Below are positions 46,301 through 56,606 of a stretch of DNA of 64,000 nucleotides, piece after piece (position 1 is the first letter of the stretch; the number at the start of each line of letters is the position of its first letter). Source of the stretch: Candidatus Ozemobacteraceae bacterium (GTDB lineage: Bacteria > Muiribacteriota > Ozemobacteria > Ozemobacterales > Ozemobacteraceae); NCBI GenBank assembly GCA_965140445.1, contig OZ223236.1, forward strand, positions 1,600,001-1,664,000, in the 5' to 3' direction. The notes under the pieces are model-generated. The model did no database searches and was not told the origin of the DNA. It saw nothing but the letters and a program-made list of their open reading frames with translations. The position numbers and the translations under genes are program-made.

Positions 46301-46963
46301 ATCCATGCAATTAAAGAAAAAATGGAGTTCGTAGAAGCTAATATACAAAAGCTTACTCACGAATCTGGCGGAATACAGGAAAAACTTGAAGCAGAAAATA
46401 CCAAAAGCCAGCAGTTCGCCAGTATGAAAGGTGAAATTGAAGGACAAGTTCGAGAATATGAGAAGTGGGAAAAGTTGAATAAGCTGATTGGTTCTGCTAA
46501 GGGTGATACCTTTAGAAAATTTGCGCAAAGCCTTACTCTGGATCTTCTCATTGGGCTTTCTAATGAAAAATTAGCCAATTTAAATGATAGATATCTTTTG
46601 GTAAGGACTGATGATGATAAGCTTGGTCTGGAAGTTATTGATACTTATCAAGCCGATGTAAAAAGACCTGTGGAAACCCTGTCTGGCGGTGAATCTTTTT
46701 TGGTAAGCCTGGCTTTGGCACTTGGTTTATCAAAATTAGCCAGCCAGAAAGTTCAAATTGATTCTCTTTTTCTTGATGAAGGATTTGGGACCTTGGATGC
46801 AGATTCCCTTGAAGTGGCACTTTCAGCCCTAAGTTGCTTGCAATCAGAGGGCAAAAGTATTGGAGTCATTTCACATGTGGAATCGCTAAAAGAAAGAATC
46901 CCCGTTCAGATAAAGGTTAAACGGCTATCTGGTGGTTACAGCAAAGTTGAGGTTGTCGGTTAA
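43316..46963 (+). CDS. sbcC: Nuclease SbcCD subunit C (SMC-like ATPase)
   Basis: GPTGAGKT, long coiled coil, zinc hook CPLCGS, LSGGE and FLDEGFGTLD. Confidence 0.95.
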   Translation: MKILKLRGKNINSLKGNFEVDFSTGPLANAGIYAITGPTGAGKTTLLDVISLALYNNIARGIKPKDVVMTKHTAECLAEVEFEVEGRHFKSSWSQKRAKGSSEGRFQAPKMDLSELLEGEFVPIEGKIKSVSDEVARITGLDEKKFFRSMMLAQGQFRAFLDATPNERADLLEKMTGTEIYAQISSNVFEKAKEEETKLEKIRAVQGGIKFLSEEELSNLKKQQEDNKKSINEFDQSLRELRETEKKLAEVVVLKDRLAELGQAKVKLTSELESSQEKAKKLELDEKLREIEPEFLKLTDTNEQLIQNLARKTQIEKELSILHQDSKNFQQKFEILQKESEQFELDFAEKSKAIDMAVALDAQILTAEKNSNEKALQIKEEDQRRTVLLEKKKVLEDSLGKAKIELDKATKLLNTEDYPALTSDYAKINALFAGYENASRKSLAKKESRTALVNQASIVAKMLEESRNREKELSGKFDLLQKELEKKNLELKETLGERKIETIFAENEILKQKLVGLQDFLNLYKKLQSNEENVSKAKCEKTSLLAEAQKIKSEESEAKALLEEVKVDVKQFSEKKELESLIINLEEERSRLEDGKECPLCGSLEHPYKSGIVVDVNSTTKLLKEKETKLENLHKLLIEISSRDAKIGEKLESTDKQIANWETELEGVRAEISAKAKMLELPVDLELQKVESMVAENQKLLKTFEAIASKALGLRETIDEANEKISGLKNSIHDEQKLLTELTSEEKNLQFQLKECEAEINESDGLIRSTLETASGVNQIAFRQEEPVLDLKVFLQNLQNKINYIEETKSLKARSENEIEVFNTDLKNYEERFVEIEKVISSLKAQFAQIEENLVLLKKQRSELLDNLTVDQVRNSLSEKKKRLEKELAEARNAQQNSEQKIAAESGKLNSTNENISSIKSQLEKLSTDFNEKLRQFGINSEEKYRENRITTSERDELKEFFRELNEKIAVTNGKIEQANLDLETLTKKLDPVQEIHAIKEKMEFVEANIQKLTHESGGIQEKLEAENTKSQQFASMKGEIEGQVREYEKWEKLNKLIGSAKGDTFRKFAQSLTLDLLIGLSNEKLANLNDRYLLVRTDDDKLGLEVIDTYQADVKRPVETLSGGESFLVSLALALGLSKLASQKVQIDSLFLDEGFGTLDADSLEVALSALSCLQSEGKSIGVISHVESLKERIPVQIKVKRLSGGYSKVEVVG

Positions 46964-47035
46964 ATTTTTTTCCGGGTTTTGCTTTTTTATGATGTATCAT
47001 TGTTAAGTGACAATCGGCAATTGGAGAGGTTATTT

Positions 47036-48286
47036 TTGAGCGAAAAGAATGACAGTAATATCTGGAAATTTGTATCTCCGCAGGATTATAAACTTCCCGA
47101 AAAAGCAACCACTGAAAAAGCCAGATCTGCAATCTCTGTTTTGTGGCATAGATTATTTGGCGATAGTTTTTCGTCTGATTCTGTGGATATTCAAGCTGAG
47201 CTAAAAAGTATTCCCCAGGGACTATTAGACTGGGTTTCTCCTTTTCCAACCTGGAAAAAACCTGCAAACGAAATCTTTTCAATGCTGAGAGACTGGTATC
47301 AAGATGGTTCTGCTCGAGATCTTTTTCAGGTGTTTGTTTCATCACCAGGTGGTGGTATAAAGGAAATTTTACAAACTCTTGCTGAACGCAAAGGATGGCC
47401 AGTTGTAGGCGCTCCAGCATTCGATCAAATCGTAAATGGCGACTTTTCGTGGATTGACGGAATTCAGAAAACAAATGAATCACCTATTGTTATACCGCAA
47501 TTGAGCGGTATTTTTATTCGTCATTCCAATGGGTTTGAGTTCCTAAGAAGACTTATTGACAAACTTTTTCATTCAAATCAGAAATGTATTATTGGCTGCA
47601 ACAGCTCTCTTTGGAGATACCTGCAGTTATCCATGGCAATTGAAAGCTTTTTTCCAAAGGTTCACGCTTTACAGTCCCTGGATGCCTTGCAGCTGGAACG
47701 ATGGTTTTGTGATTTGGAAAAATCAAACGGCAAGAACTCAACGGTGTTCCGACAATCAGATTCAGGAACCTATGTTCTTCCCAGAAGTGAAACCTCCGAT
47801 GAAGACCAGGAACCAACTGAATTTGAAAACAGCGATGATGAGCATGTTACAGCTGAATTTCTCAATAAATTGGCTGCCAGTTCCCGAGGTGTTCCACTCA
47901 CTGCCTGGGCTATGTGGCGCCATTCATTAAAGCTGGCTCCCGGAGATGACATCGAAGAAGTCGCAAGGGACGCAGCCGTATTGGACAAAGGAAGAACAAT
48001 ATGGGTTAAGCCATTTGAAAAAATTGGATTCCCAAGAGTGCCTCAAAACCTTGGCCAGAAAGCTTGTTTTGTTCTGCAGTATCTTTTAATGCATGAAGGG
48101 CTGTCTTCAGATATGCTGCTGGAGCTGCTTAAAATCGAGCAGGATGTTCTTTTAAGCATTATTTCCGGGCTGAAGTCTGCGGGAATAATTGTGGAAGATC
48201 GTGGACTCTGGCGTGTTACCTGGCTTGGACTTCCTGAAGTAAGAAGATTTCTTGCCCAGGAAGATTATCTAATAGATCTCTGGTGA
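47036..48286 (+). CDS. Hypothetical protein (degenerate P-loop plus C-terminal winged-helix-like), coupled to mscS
   Basis: VSSPGGG degenerate Walker A and SRGVP; TTG start after GGAGAGG (alternative start 46979). Confidence 0.6.
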   Translation: MSEKNDSNIWKFVSPQDYKLPEKATTEKARSAISVLWHRLFGDSFSSDSVDIQAELKSIPQGLLDWVSPFPTWKKPANEIFSMLRDWYQDGSARDLFQVFVSSPGGGIKEILQTLAERKGWPVVGAPAFDQIVNGDFSWIDGIQKTNESPIVIPQLSGIFIRHSNGFEFLRRLIDKLFHSNQKCIIGCNSSLWRYLQLSMAIESFFPKVHALQSLDALQLERWFCDLEKSNGKNSTVFRQSDSGTYVLPRSETSDEDQEPTEFENSDDEHVTAEFLNKLAASSRGVPLTAWAMWRHSLKLAPGDDIEEVARDAAVLDKGRTIWVKPFEKIGFPRVPQNLGQKACFVLQYLLMHEGLSSDMLLELLKIEQDVLLSIISGLKSAGIIVEDRGLWRVTWLGLPEVRRFLAQEDYLIDLW

Positions 48287-48290
48287 AAAT

Positions 48291-49127
48291 ATGACAAATA
48301 GCCCAATTACCCCTGCAACCCCAAATACTGGCGCAGAAATGATCTTTCAGGATTTTAATCAGATCCCGCTGGGTTTTATTGCCATTTTTGTTATCTCAGC
48401 TTTTGTTGCCATTTATCTAATTAAAAACTTTGTTCCAAATCTGGCAGAGAGACTCCCGCCAAGATTCAGACTCTACATTCTTCCGGCCATCCCTCTTTTA
48501 CGAATTTTGATTATCTTTTTTTCCATTTTGGTGGTTTTGCCACTAATAATAAGGCCAACAATTCAGAATCTTCTTGCTATTTCAGGAGCTGTGGGCCTTG
48601 CTCTGGGTTTTGCTTTCAAGGATTTTGCCTCCAGTATCATTGCTGGAATAATTGCCATTTACGAACAGCCTTACCGACCTGGAGACCGGGTTACTATTGA
48701 TGGCGTTTATGGGGAAGTAAAAGCGGTAAACTTGCGATCACTCCGAATTCTTACCCACGATGATACTTTGGTGACCGTTCCACATTCAAAATTGTGGAAT
48801 GGTAGCATTCATAATTCTAACGATGGAAGTCGGGAACAATTGTGTGTTGCTGATTTTTATCTCCATCCTGAACACGATGCCACTGATGTAAGGCAATGCT
48901 TACGTGATGTTGCAATGGTAAGCCCGTTTACACAACTTGGGAAACCTGTTGCTGTTATGCTTAAAGAAAAGGTTTGGGGAACCCATTATCGAATCAAGGC
49001 TTATCCGGTTGATGGAAGGGATGAGTTTGCCTATATCTCTGATCTGACAATCCGAGGAAAAGAAGCACTGCGAAAGCGTGGGGTGAGATTTGCCAATGTT
49101 GCTCCAACATTTGCTGTAAATGATTGA
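48291..49127 (+). CDS. mscS: Small-conductance mechanosensitive channel
   Basis: GLALGFAFKD..IAG, PYRPGDRV..GVYGEV and VTVPHS. Confidence 0.9.
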   Translation: MTNSPITPATPNTGAEMIFQDFNQIPLGFIAIFVISAFVAIYLIKNFVPNLAERLPPRFRLYILPAIPLLRILIIFFSILVVLPLIIRPTIQNLLAISGAVGLALGFAFKDFASSIIAGIIAIYEQPYRPGDRVTIDGVYGEVKAVNLRSLRILTHDDTLVTVPHSKLWNGSIHNSNDGSREQLCVADFYLHPEHDATDVRQCLRDVAMVSPFTQLGKPVAVMLKEKVWGTHYRIKAYPVDGRDEFAYISDLTIRGKEALRKRGVRFANVAPTFAVND

Positions 49128-49181
49128 TCGTAGATTTTAATCTTGTTAAAATTTAAAGAATAATATTGTTGGAGAAAATGG

Positions 49182-51269
49182 ATGCTTGAAATCAGCTTAA
49201 ATGAATTACCACGCAAGATTTCTACTTTTGATGCAGTCGAACAATGCTATCAAGAGCAACTGAGATTTGTTACCGCCCGAATTAAAGAAGAGGTTTCTGT
49301 TTTAATTCGCTGTGAAAAGCAGGTGATTCCATTTTTACAAAGCCTTATGAAAAGAAGGTTGTCAGCTGAAGGGAAATCTGTGTCCATAATTGATGGCAGA
49401 GCAGATTCTGAAGGATTAAATTCAACTCGCCTGTCTCGCATTGTCGGCCAACTCAGAGATCTGGTAAATAATACAGAACCAAATAAGGTATTCTTTTTGC
49501 CATATCTGGACATTATTACTTCTACCACTATGGGAGGATTAACTCAGGAAGCTCGTGAAATAATGACAATAATTCATGAGAATCCAATGTTGACTCTGGT
49601 TGCCTTCGAAGATCCGGACTTTCAGCTACCTGAATTGATCGCTCAGGCTTTCCCCGCAAGAAGTGAAATGTTGGGTATCTCTAGAAACAGGATTTCAAGC
49701 CTGATTACTGAGCAGGAAGCCAGAAAGTTCTGTGTAGATAAAATTAATCTCATGAGTATTTTCAAGTATGTTTCTGGTCTTAATCCCGTAAGGTTTAGAG
49801 AGATAATGGGGATTTTTGCCAGAAAAGCTGATTTTGATCCAACAATGCCTGAAATGCTCGCAAAATACCAGAATGAGCTCCGTGAATACACTGCTTGTGG
49901 CGATGCCTCCCTTTCTGACGTGCAGCTTGAGAGAGATATTGCCGGATATACTGCAGTGAAAGAAAAAATCAGGAAAAATATTTTAAATTTGCTGATGAAA
50001 ACCACCCAGATGAATGATGAAGACGAGATCAGAAAGATCGAAGCTATTATTCCCCGTGGATTAATTTTTTATGGCCCTCCAGGAACCGGGAAAACCCTTT
50101 TTGCCAAAGGTATTGCAGAGGCATTAAATGCTGCTTTCTACATAGTTAGCGGCCCTGAGTTAAAGTCTAAATGGGTCGGAGAGGGTGAGGCAAACATTCG
50201 TCGACTTTTTGCTAAAGCCCGCGCAACTTCGCCTTCAGTTATTGTTTTTGATGAATTTGATTCAATTGCTGGAGCAAGGAATAGCGGGGGAGGCGATGGC
50301 GCTTCTCAGGCATCTCATTCAATGGTGAACCAGCTGCTGACCGAGATGGATGGCTTTAGAAAAGACCAGCTGGTACTTGTTGTAGGGACAACAAACTTTG
50401 TGGAAAGTCTTGATGCTGCTTTTTTACGACCGGGCAGATTTGAGTTTCAGATAGAGATCCCATACCCTGAACCAGAAGATCGCAAGGGAATTCTTACCCT
50501 TTACAACAAAAAATTTAATACCGGATTAGCTGAAGAGCATCTGGAAAAGCTTGCAATGTGGACTGGGCGATCAACTAACCTGGGAACTCCTTACACAGGC
50601 GATCATTTAAGCGCAATGATTAAAGATTTTAAGAGATTTCAGATTAACTCTGAGGAAAACCTCGAAATTGATCAAATGCTTGCAAGCTGGCTTAAAAGTA
50701 AGGAAAACGATACTGTTTTAACCCCTGAAGAAGAAGCCGTTGTCAGTTGTCATGAAGCGGGACACGCATTGATGTTTTTTCATTATAAACGTCAGGATGA
50801 AATTACCAAAATCACTTTGGAAAGCGGTGGCACAAATGCTCTTGGTTATGTCGAATCCAAAAGTGCAAAACCCGATAATTTTTTCACTGAAGGGCGTTTA
50901 AGAAGTGAAATTGGGATATCCTTAGGCGGATATATTGCTGAGAGACTTGTTTTTGGAGAAGTTTCAACCGGTGCTTGCGGCGATTTGCGAAAATCAACAG
51001 CCATTGCAACAGATATGATCGCGATGTACGGAATGGGTGGAATCCCAAGAGATTACACTGGAAGAACCAATGCACCTGATCCATATTTTCTTGCCCAACT
51101 TTCTCCTAGAATTGATAAACTATTAGAAGTAGTTTATAAAGATGCAGAGGGATTTATTGTCAAAAATAAAGATGCACTGGTAAGACTTTATGAAAAGCTT
51201 ATTTCATCGCGAACCCTTGGCAAGGATGAAGTAATTCAAATCGTCGGAGATCAACTTAAAGATGGCTGA
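49182..51269 (+). CDS. Soluble FtsH-like AAA+ ATPase / M41 peptidase (FtsH ternary system)
   Basis: GPPGTGKT, VFDEFD, LDAAFLRPGRF, HEAGH and GACGDL; no TM helices. Confidence 0.85.
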   Translation: MLEISLNELPRKISTFDAVEQCYQEQLRFVTARIKEEVSVLIRCEKQVIPFLQSLMKRRLSAEGKSVSIIDGRADSEGLNSTRLSRIVGQLRDLVNNTEPNKVFFLPYLDIITSTTMGGLTQEAREIMTIIHENPMLTLVAFEDPDFQLPELIAQAFPARSEMLGISRNRISSLITEQEARKFCVDKINLMSIFKYVSGLNPVRFREIMGIFARKADFDPTMPEMLAKYQNELREYTACGDASLSDVQLERDIAGYTAVKEKIRKNILNLLMKTTQMNDEDEIRKIEAIIPRGLIFYGPPGTGKTLFAKGIAEALNAAFYIVSGPELKSKWVGEGEANIRRLFAKARATSPSVIVFDEFDSIAGARNSGGGDGASQASHSMVNQLLTEMDGFRKDQLVLVVGTTNFVESLDAAFLRPGRFEFQIEIPYPEPEDRKGILTLYNKKFNTGLAEEHLEKLAMWTGRSTNLGTPYTGDHLSAMIKDFKRFQINSEENLEIDQMLASWLKSKENDTVLTPEEEAVVSCHEAGHALMFFHYKRQDEITKITLESGGTNALGYVESKSAKPDNFFTEGRLRSEIGISLGGYIAERLVFGEVSTGACGDLRKSTAIATDMIAMYGMGGIPRDYTGRTNAPDPYFLAQLSPRIDKLLEVVYKDAEGFIVKNKDALVRLYEKLISSRTLGKDEVIQIVGDQLKDG

Positions 51270-54200
51270 AAACGGTGTTTACTTAAAAATGAAGACCCCG
51301 GCTGATATGATGTCAGCCAACTTTCTGGCCACTTCAGGGCAGCTTGGGGGGCGCTTTGTTCAGGAAGTTGAGCCGCCATGGACAATATGGTGGGAAGCCA
51401 ATAACGATAAAAGCTGGTTTAGCAAAATTGGGGGATTGATTCGTGGCGATGTAAGCGCGCCTGATTCAGTCTGGGAAACTGGAGTCCCCAGAAGTGCTCT
51501 GAAAAATATTTCATGGCTTGATCTCTTCCGAAAGTCAGTAATTAAGAAGCACGACACCAAAAAGGTTGCCTCCGAAGTTATTGTTTTAACCCCCGACAGA
51601 GAATTATTTTTTGATTTGGTAAAACAACATTTTGTCCTTCAACAAGGGCAAATAGAGGTTTCGGTTTTCGAGCCAGGAGAGAAATATTATCTTTTAAAAA
51701 TTAACTCACCCTCACTGTGGGTTTTCAGAAGAGTTGATCCAAATCGGCGCTGGACATGGTTTAATCGTGTTGATGGACAATCCGGACTCTATGTTGAAAC
51801 CGGTCATTACATTCATGATATTTCCGGCGATGAGGTTTTTAATAAATTTCATATTCTGGACAACGGTTTACTAATTGTGCAAAAAGATGGCCAGTTACTT
51901 ACTTTGAATCCAAAGTGGAGAAAGGGAGATAGTTTAATAAAGGTGGAATGCCCTCCCGTAAATCTTCCACAATCAGAAGAAAATGAGAAAATCGAAGTAA
52001 AACCGGTTCTAAGAAATACCGATGAAAGGCAGCTTGCTGTCCTTTGGAAAATAGAAGATTTAAATAGACTTAAAGCAATCATTATCAATGAATCTGTTAA
52101 TAGATTTAAGCTTTTTAAAGCCTGGTTTTCAGAAAGCGGAATTGTTTGGATATTTGCCCAGGATGAAGCTGCGGATAGAGCACTGGCAACAGTTTTGTCT
52201 GATGCTTTTTCTGGTTTCGCGCAGATTGATGAACAGGTATATGTTCCGATAGGCAGGCAACTTTCTCCAAGACTATCTTCAGATAGAATTCATAAGGTTT
52301 TTAATGCCAGAACAGGAGATTTGGTTTGCCTTGAAAACTCTCCAGAAGGGGTTCAGGCATCTGTGCTTGAAAAACAATATTTAAGGCCGGTAGAAGACTT
52401 CATTGTTTTGCAGGCTGAAAAAGCCCTGGATTGTTATGACCATAAAGCTCTGAAATGGAATTTTGAGTTTCCGGAGTTGAAAAAAAAAAAGCTGATTATT
52501 GAGATTCTGGTAAAAACCTCTGAATTGGGCGAATTTAAGGCAAAATCAGAGGAAGGACAGATTGGTGGCGGATCTTTTAAGAACCGAAAAGTAAGAAAAT
52601 CCAGCTTGAATATAAATCTTGATGATGTTCCCGTATATTCAGAGAATAAAATATCTGAATTTAAAATGCGACTGGATCAAGTAGATCAGCAATTGATGGG
52701 CGATGTGTCTTCAGCTAATCTCTGGACGGAAAGAGCCGAAATCTGCAAAAGCATTCGCATGAAAAATTCCTATTTTGCTAGTCTGGTTACGGCTGCAATT
52801 CTTAAAAAAGATCTAAAGCTGCTGGCTGATATTGCTTATGAATACTGTCAAAGTCGAAACGATTTCTCAGGCATTTTTTCACCAGAGGTTTCTGAGCTTG
52901 ATAAGGGAAAAATCCTGGGCAGAATTCGAAATGATCAGGTTAGCGCAGAGTTTAACTACTTATTGCTTCTTGCATTTGCGGCAAGGTTTGACGATCGAGA
53001 TATCTTTGTTCAAGCTGTGGAAAATATGAAGACAGGCTATGCAAGGGAATCCCGAACTTTTTACTCTTTTGCGGAAACCAGAGTTGCTGGTACCAGCGGA
53101 ATGAATCTGGAAAACAGGGTTGAACTTTTAAAAGAAGATGATTTTCCAAGGATTCGCACAAATGTGAATAAATTTCTTCAACAGTTGGGATGTTGTCCTT
53201 CTCTACCAGCGCTTGCAATTGCCAGAAAGCAATTCCATACCCTGCTGAAATTCCATCTGTCTGAAGCTACTGCGGATAAATTGGTTTCAAAGATGCCGCT
53301 CGGTGGTAGTTTTACTGGTTATTACAGACAGTCTGACCAGGAAAAAAATAAGATTGGGGTGGAATATGATTGCTGGAATTTGATAGAAAATTGGCCGGAA
53401 AGCAAGAATAACCCCAATATGCAAGATTATGAGCAAAGATGGTTAAGTCTTCTGGGTATGGAAAAAATTAGCGAAACTCCTCTCAAGGACTTTTTTACAG
53501 GTGAACTTTATAAACCACCATTTGGTTTTTACCGGCATGAAAAAGGCGTGGGAAGTCTTTCAAGCATTCCATGGATTGCCGACCTCAGTGATAGTGACTT
53601 TCCAGTCGAATCAGATGGAAAGCCAATTGCGCGCGCTATCTATATGAGATATGCAGATGGTCACAAAGATTGGGATGCATATTTTAAAAAATCTCTTGCT
53701 GATAAGAGCAGTATTATTGGAATGGCCAGAACTCAAAGGCTTCTATTGCTTATGGTTTCAGAGTTTGGACCGGTGCAGGAGTTTTCCAGGTTTATACTTC
53801 CAGCAACCGTGAAAATTGAAGGCGATAACAAGTGGGACATATATGCCCTCACAATGTATTGTGATATGTATCGTTTATGCCTTGCTTATCGAAAGCCTGT
53901 AGATGAGCAGAGGCTTTTCAATCTTCTTATAAGTAGAACTCCAAACCCACCAGGCGGCTGGGAGAATTTTAGAAGCTCTGCAGAATGGATCATTTTGTGT
54001 TTATTGCTTACAAGCTCTCCGGTTCGTCGTTTTCAATTAGACAATCTTGCTCAGCGCACCATTCAATGGGTAAGACAAGGCGTGGCGAAAGATGACTATC
54101 AGCTGACAATGGAGGCTTTGACTATTTTAAGCTTCCTTGGAATTGGGGTTCTTGCAGATCTGGTTCCAGAAAAACTTGAGTATCATCAACTATTAGAGAG

Positions 54201-54297
54201 GCGTAGAGTGCTTTGGCTTGAGCACGCATTTACGCTTAGTGCGGATAAGGAAAAAGCATGGAAAAGCTGGCAGGCAGCCTGTAGCTTTAGCAATTAA
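51262..54297 (+). CDS. Large uncharacterised protein of the FtsH ternary operon
   Basis: 1011 aa; overlaps the FtsH-like stop; helical C-terminal half; internal A11 run. Confidence 0.7.
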   Translation: MAENGVYLKMKTPADMMSANFLATSGQLGGRFVQEVEPPWTIWWEANNDKSWFSKIGGLIRGDVSAPDSVWETGVPRSALKNISWLDLFRKSVIKKHDTKKVASEVIVLTPDRELFFDLVKQHFVLQQGQIEVSVFEPGEKYYLLKINSPSLWVFRRVDPNRRWTWFNRVDGQSGLYVETGHYIHDISGDEVFNKFHILDNGLLIVQKDGQLLTLNPKWRKGDSLIKVECPPVNLPQSEENEKIEVKPVLRNTDERQLAVLWKIEDLNRLKAIIINESVNRFKLFKAWFSESGIVWIFAQDEAADRALATVLSDAFSGFAQIDEQVYVPIGRQLSPRLSSDRIHKVFNARTGDLVCLENSPEGVQASVLEKQYLRPVEDFIVLQAEKALDCYDHKALKWNFEFPELKKKKLIIEILVKTSELGEFKAKSEEGQIGGGSFKNRKVRKSSLNINLDDVPVYSENKISEFKMRLDQVDQQLMGDVSSANLWTERAEICKSIRMKNSYFASLVTAAILKKDLKLLADIAYEYCQSRNDFSGIFSPEVSELDKGKILGRIRNDQVSAEFNYLLLLAFAARFDDRDIFVQAVENMKTGYARESRTFYSFAETRVAGTSGMNLENRVELLKEDDFPRIRTNVNKFLQQLGCCPSLPALAIARKQFHTLLKFHLSEATADKLVSKMPLGGSFTGYYRQSDQEKNKIGVEYDCWNLIENWPESKNNPNMQDYEQRWLSLLGMEKISETPLKDFFTGELYKPPFGFYRHEKGVGSLSSIPWIADLSDSDFPVESDGKPIARAIYMRYADGHKDWDAYFKKSLADKSSIIGMARTQRLLLLMVSEFGPVQEFSRFILPATVKIEGDNKWDIYALTMYCDMYRLCLAYRKPVDEQRLFNLLISRTPNPPGGWENFRSSAEWIILCLLLTSSPVRRFQLDNLAQRTIQWVRQGVAKDDYQLTMEALTILSFLGIGVLADLVPEKLEYHQLLERRRVLWLEHAFTLSADKEKAWKSWQAACSFSN

Positions 54298-54306
54298 GGA
54301 GAATAT

Positions 54307-55290
54307 ATGAACTACGAAAGTCATGATTTGGATAAAATAAATGCAGCTAGAGAAAGAATTGTTGATTTTTATGGGCGGCTAGATGAATTTTTTCTTAAAC
54401 GTAGTGATTTGCTTAAGCTTATGATGGTTGCTACAGCTGCTCAAGAACCAATGTTGTTTATTGGCCGTCCGGGAACTGCAAAATCTTTGTTGGTTTCTGT
54501 GTTTTGTCAGGGACTTGGCCTTCCACAGGAAGACTACTATGAATATATGCTCACAAAGTTCTCTGAACCAAGCGAAATTATGGGGCCCGTAGACATCCAG
54601 CAGCTTAAAACAGGCAAATATATGCGCAAAGTTGATGGGCACCTTCCAACAGCTAAAATTGCATTCCTTGATGAAATTTTTAAAGCTAACTCTGCAATTT
54701 TGAACATGCTTTTAACTGTAATCAACGAACGTAAATACTATCAGGAAGGCAGACCAATTCCAGTTCCATTGGTCTGTATGTTTGCCGCAAGCAATGAAAT
54801 ACCTGATTTTGGGGAGTTTGACGCTCTTAAAGACAGATTCATTATTAAAGCTGAGACATTGCCAGTTCGTGAATCGTGCTTTCATGAGCTGATTAGAATG
54901 GGAGTTAAGTTTGAAGCAAGATCTTATAATCGAGAAAAGCCCTGGAAGTCTGATTGCACACTTGATGATTTCCTGCTGATACACGACTACCTTGTTTCAA
55001 CAGTTATCCCAAAGGGAATTGAAAGACCAGATGAGTCGTTACTTGGTGACGAAAGAATTACTACAGCGTTTAAAGCTCTAATCGCAGTGCTATCCGATGA
55101 ACTCAAGGTCGAGATCACAGATAGAAAGCTGATAAAGCTTTATAAGCTTATTATGACTCAAGCTTTCATTTTTAATGGTGGAAATGTAACCAAAGAAGAG
55201 CTGAAGATCCTTTGCTATTGCGGAAACAACTTTTCTGATGTGAAGAAAATCAAAAGCTACATCGAAGAAAGACTGGAAAATATGGACTAG
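54307..55290 (+). CDS. MoxR/RavA-family AAA+ ATPase
   Basis: GRPGTAKS, LTKFSEPSE, FLDEIFKANSAILN, ASNE and ALKDRF. Confidence 0.92.
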   Translation: MNYESHDLDKINAARERIVDFYGRLDEFFLKRSDLLKLMMVATAAQEPMLFIGRPGTAKSLLVSVFCQGLGLPQEDYYEYMLTKFSEPSEIMGPVDIQQLKTGKYMRKVDGHLPTAKIAFLDEIFKANSAILNMLLTVINERKYYQEGRPIPVPLVCMFAASNEIPDFGEFDALKDRFIIKAETLPVRESCFHELIRMGVKFEARSYNREKPWKSDCTLDDFLLIHDYLVSTVIPKGIERPDESLLGDERITTAFKALIAVLSDELKVEITDRKLIKLYKLIMTQAFIFNGGNVTKEELKILCYCGNNFSDVKKIKSYIEERLENMD

Positions 55291-55298
55291 GTGCAGTT

Positions 55299-56606
55299 AT
55301 GCAATTGTTGAAACCAGACCAGATTGCGTACTGGTATAAATATTCGTTGCAAAGATCCGGATTCAGCGAAATCCGTGTTTTTGTGCGTGAATTTTGGAAA
55401 GAGTTGGCAAAAGAAGGTAATACCGCATTTCCACCGGGGTTTTTGGCTCTGTTAATCGAGGAGTTGATGTCAATTCCGGCAGGAAACAAAATTGATGGGG
55501 CAGCTCCGTTAGAATCAGAAGTTCAGCTGATTGAAGGGTTGAGAAACTCTCATGGATTTGACCGCCTTGAAGGTATTTTTATACTTAATGGTGCAGACAA
55601 GGATTTGGAGCTTGGTAAAAGTATCCTACGACAGCTAATTGATAGATTGCCGCAATTTAGATCCAGCTGGCTTGTTTTTTCCGGACCGGATATGGAGCGA
55701 TCTTTTAGTTCAGCAAGTCAAAACAGCGGTTTTGACTGCGAAAAAACTCTGGATTTATTGTATAAGGATTTTTATCAGCAACTTGAGATCAAGGAATTTG
55801 GTCTGTCATCTTCTGATATATTTGAAATTTCTCATCCCTCTTTGTTTGAAAAACCTACAGATCGTATTTTCTACCGAAAAATGACTACTGCGATGAATGG
55901 AATTTCTCTTTGGACTCAAAGTGTTTTTACTCTGAAAGAAGAAAGTAACTGGGTTGTAGCCCGTTATGGTGAACCACAGGTTTTGCCCATCGGGGGTTAT
56001 GATGCCATTTCAAATAAAGGAAATTTGTCCTCAATAATTCCTTCGGAATTAGCCTATATAGATGAGACAATGGAATTTGATCTTTTTGATTACAAATACC
56101 TTGAAAGTCAGCTCATGTATTTTAAAAGAGATTCTGGTGCAGTTTTCAGAATTAGAAGAAATGTTCACGTCAAAGTTGATCTGACTGAATTCTTTGAACA
56201 TGAACGGCATCTTGGATTGTTGTTTGCATGGGTACAAAATCTATCAGAAAAAATAGTCGAAACCTTTGTAAAAGATCTGGTGAATATTTACATTCATTTT
56301 TCTGGGTATCAACCATCTTCACTTACTGACGCCTGTAATTTCTTCAAACATTTTTTGAAAGAAAAAGGACTTGGAAACAGAATTTCACTGGTAGACGAAA
56401 AAGACGGCATCTCCGCTGATGAAATTCGTGAAGAATCTCAGTCCTGGCTTATTTCAGATAGGCCGGATGATGATAAAAAATTTGTTAGAGTTGTTTTTCC
56501 GCAAAGCGATGAATTTGCTCGTATGGAACCTTCTAGTCAGGAAAAAATACTTGGTAATCTTGTAAACAAGGCAGTTGAATTGATGGTGGAAAATGCAGAT
56601 AGCTAG
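55299..56606 (+). CDS. Divergent vWA-type MoxR partner
   Basis: PIGGYDAISNKGNLSSIIPSELAY..DLFDYKYLESQLMYF resembles the pre-vWA segment of MoxR partners; no intact DxSxS. Confidence 0.62.
   Translation: MQLLKPDQIAYWYKYSLQRSGFSEIRVFVREFWKELAKEGNTAFPPGFLALLIEELMSIPAGNKIDGAAPLESEVQLIEGLRNSHGFDRLEGIFILNGADKDLELGKSILRQLIDRLPQFRSSWLVFSGPDMERSFSSASQNSGFDCEKTLDLLYKDFYQQLEIKEFGLSSSDIFEISHPSLFEKPTDRIFYRKMTTAMNGISLWTQSVFTLKEESNWVVARYGEPQVLPIGGYDAISNKGNLSSIIPSELAYIDETMEFDLFDYKYLESQLMYFKRDSGAVFRIRRNVHVKVDLTEFFEHERHLGLLFAWVQNLSEKIVETFVKDLVNIYIHFSGYQPSSLTDACNFFKHFLKEKGLGNRISLVDEKDGISADEIREESQSWLISDRPDDDKKFVRVVFPQSDEFARMEPSSQEKILGNLVNKAVELMVENADS

Noticed and set aside
42087..46963. SMC-based defence system (Wadjet/Lamassu)
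   Set aside because: Canonical sbcD-sbcC pair with zinc hook and no jet or effector genes.
49182..51269. Housekeeping ftsH
   Set aside because: No TM anchor, a KWVG rather than MFVG pore loop, and an atypical operon.
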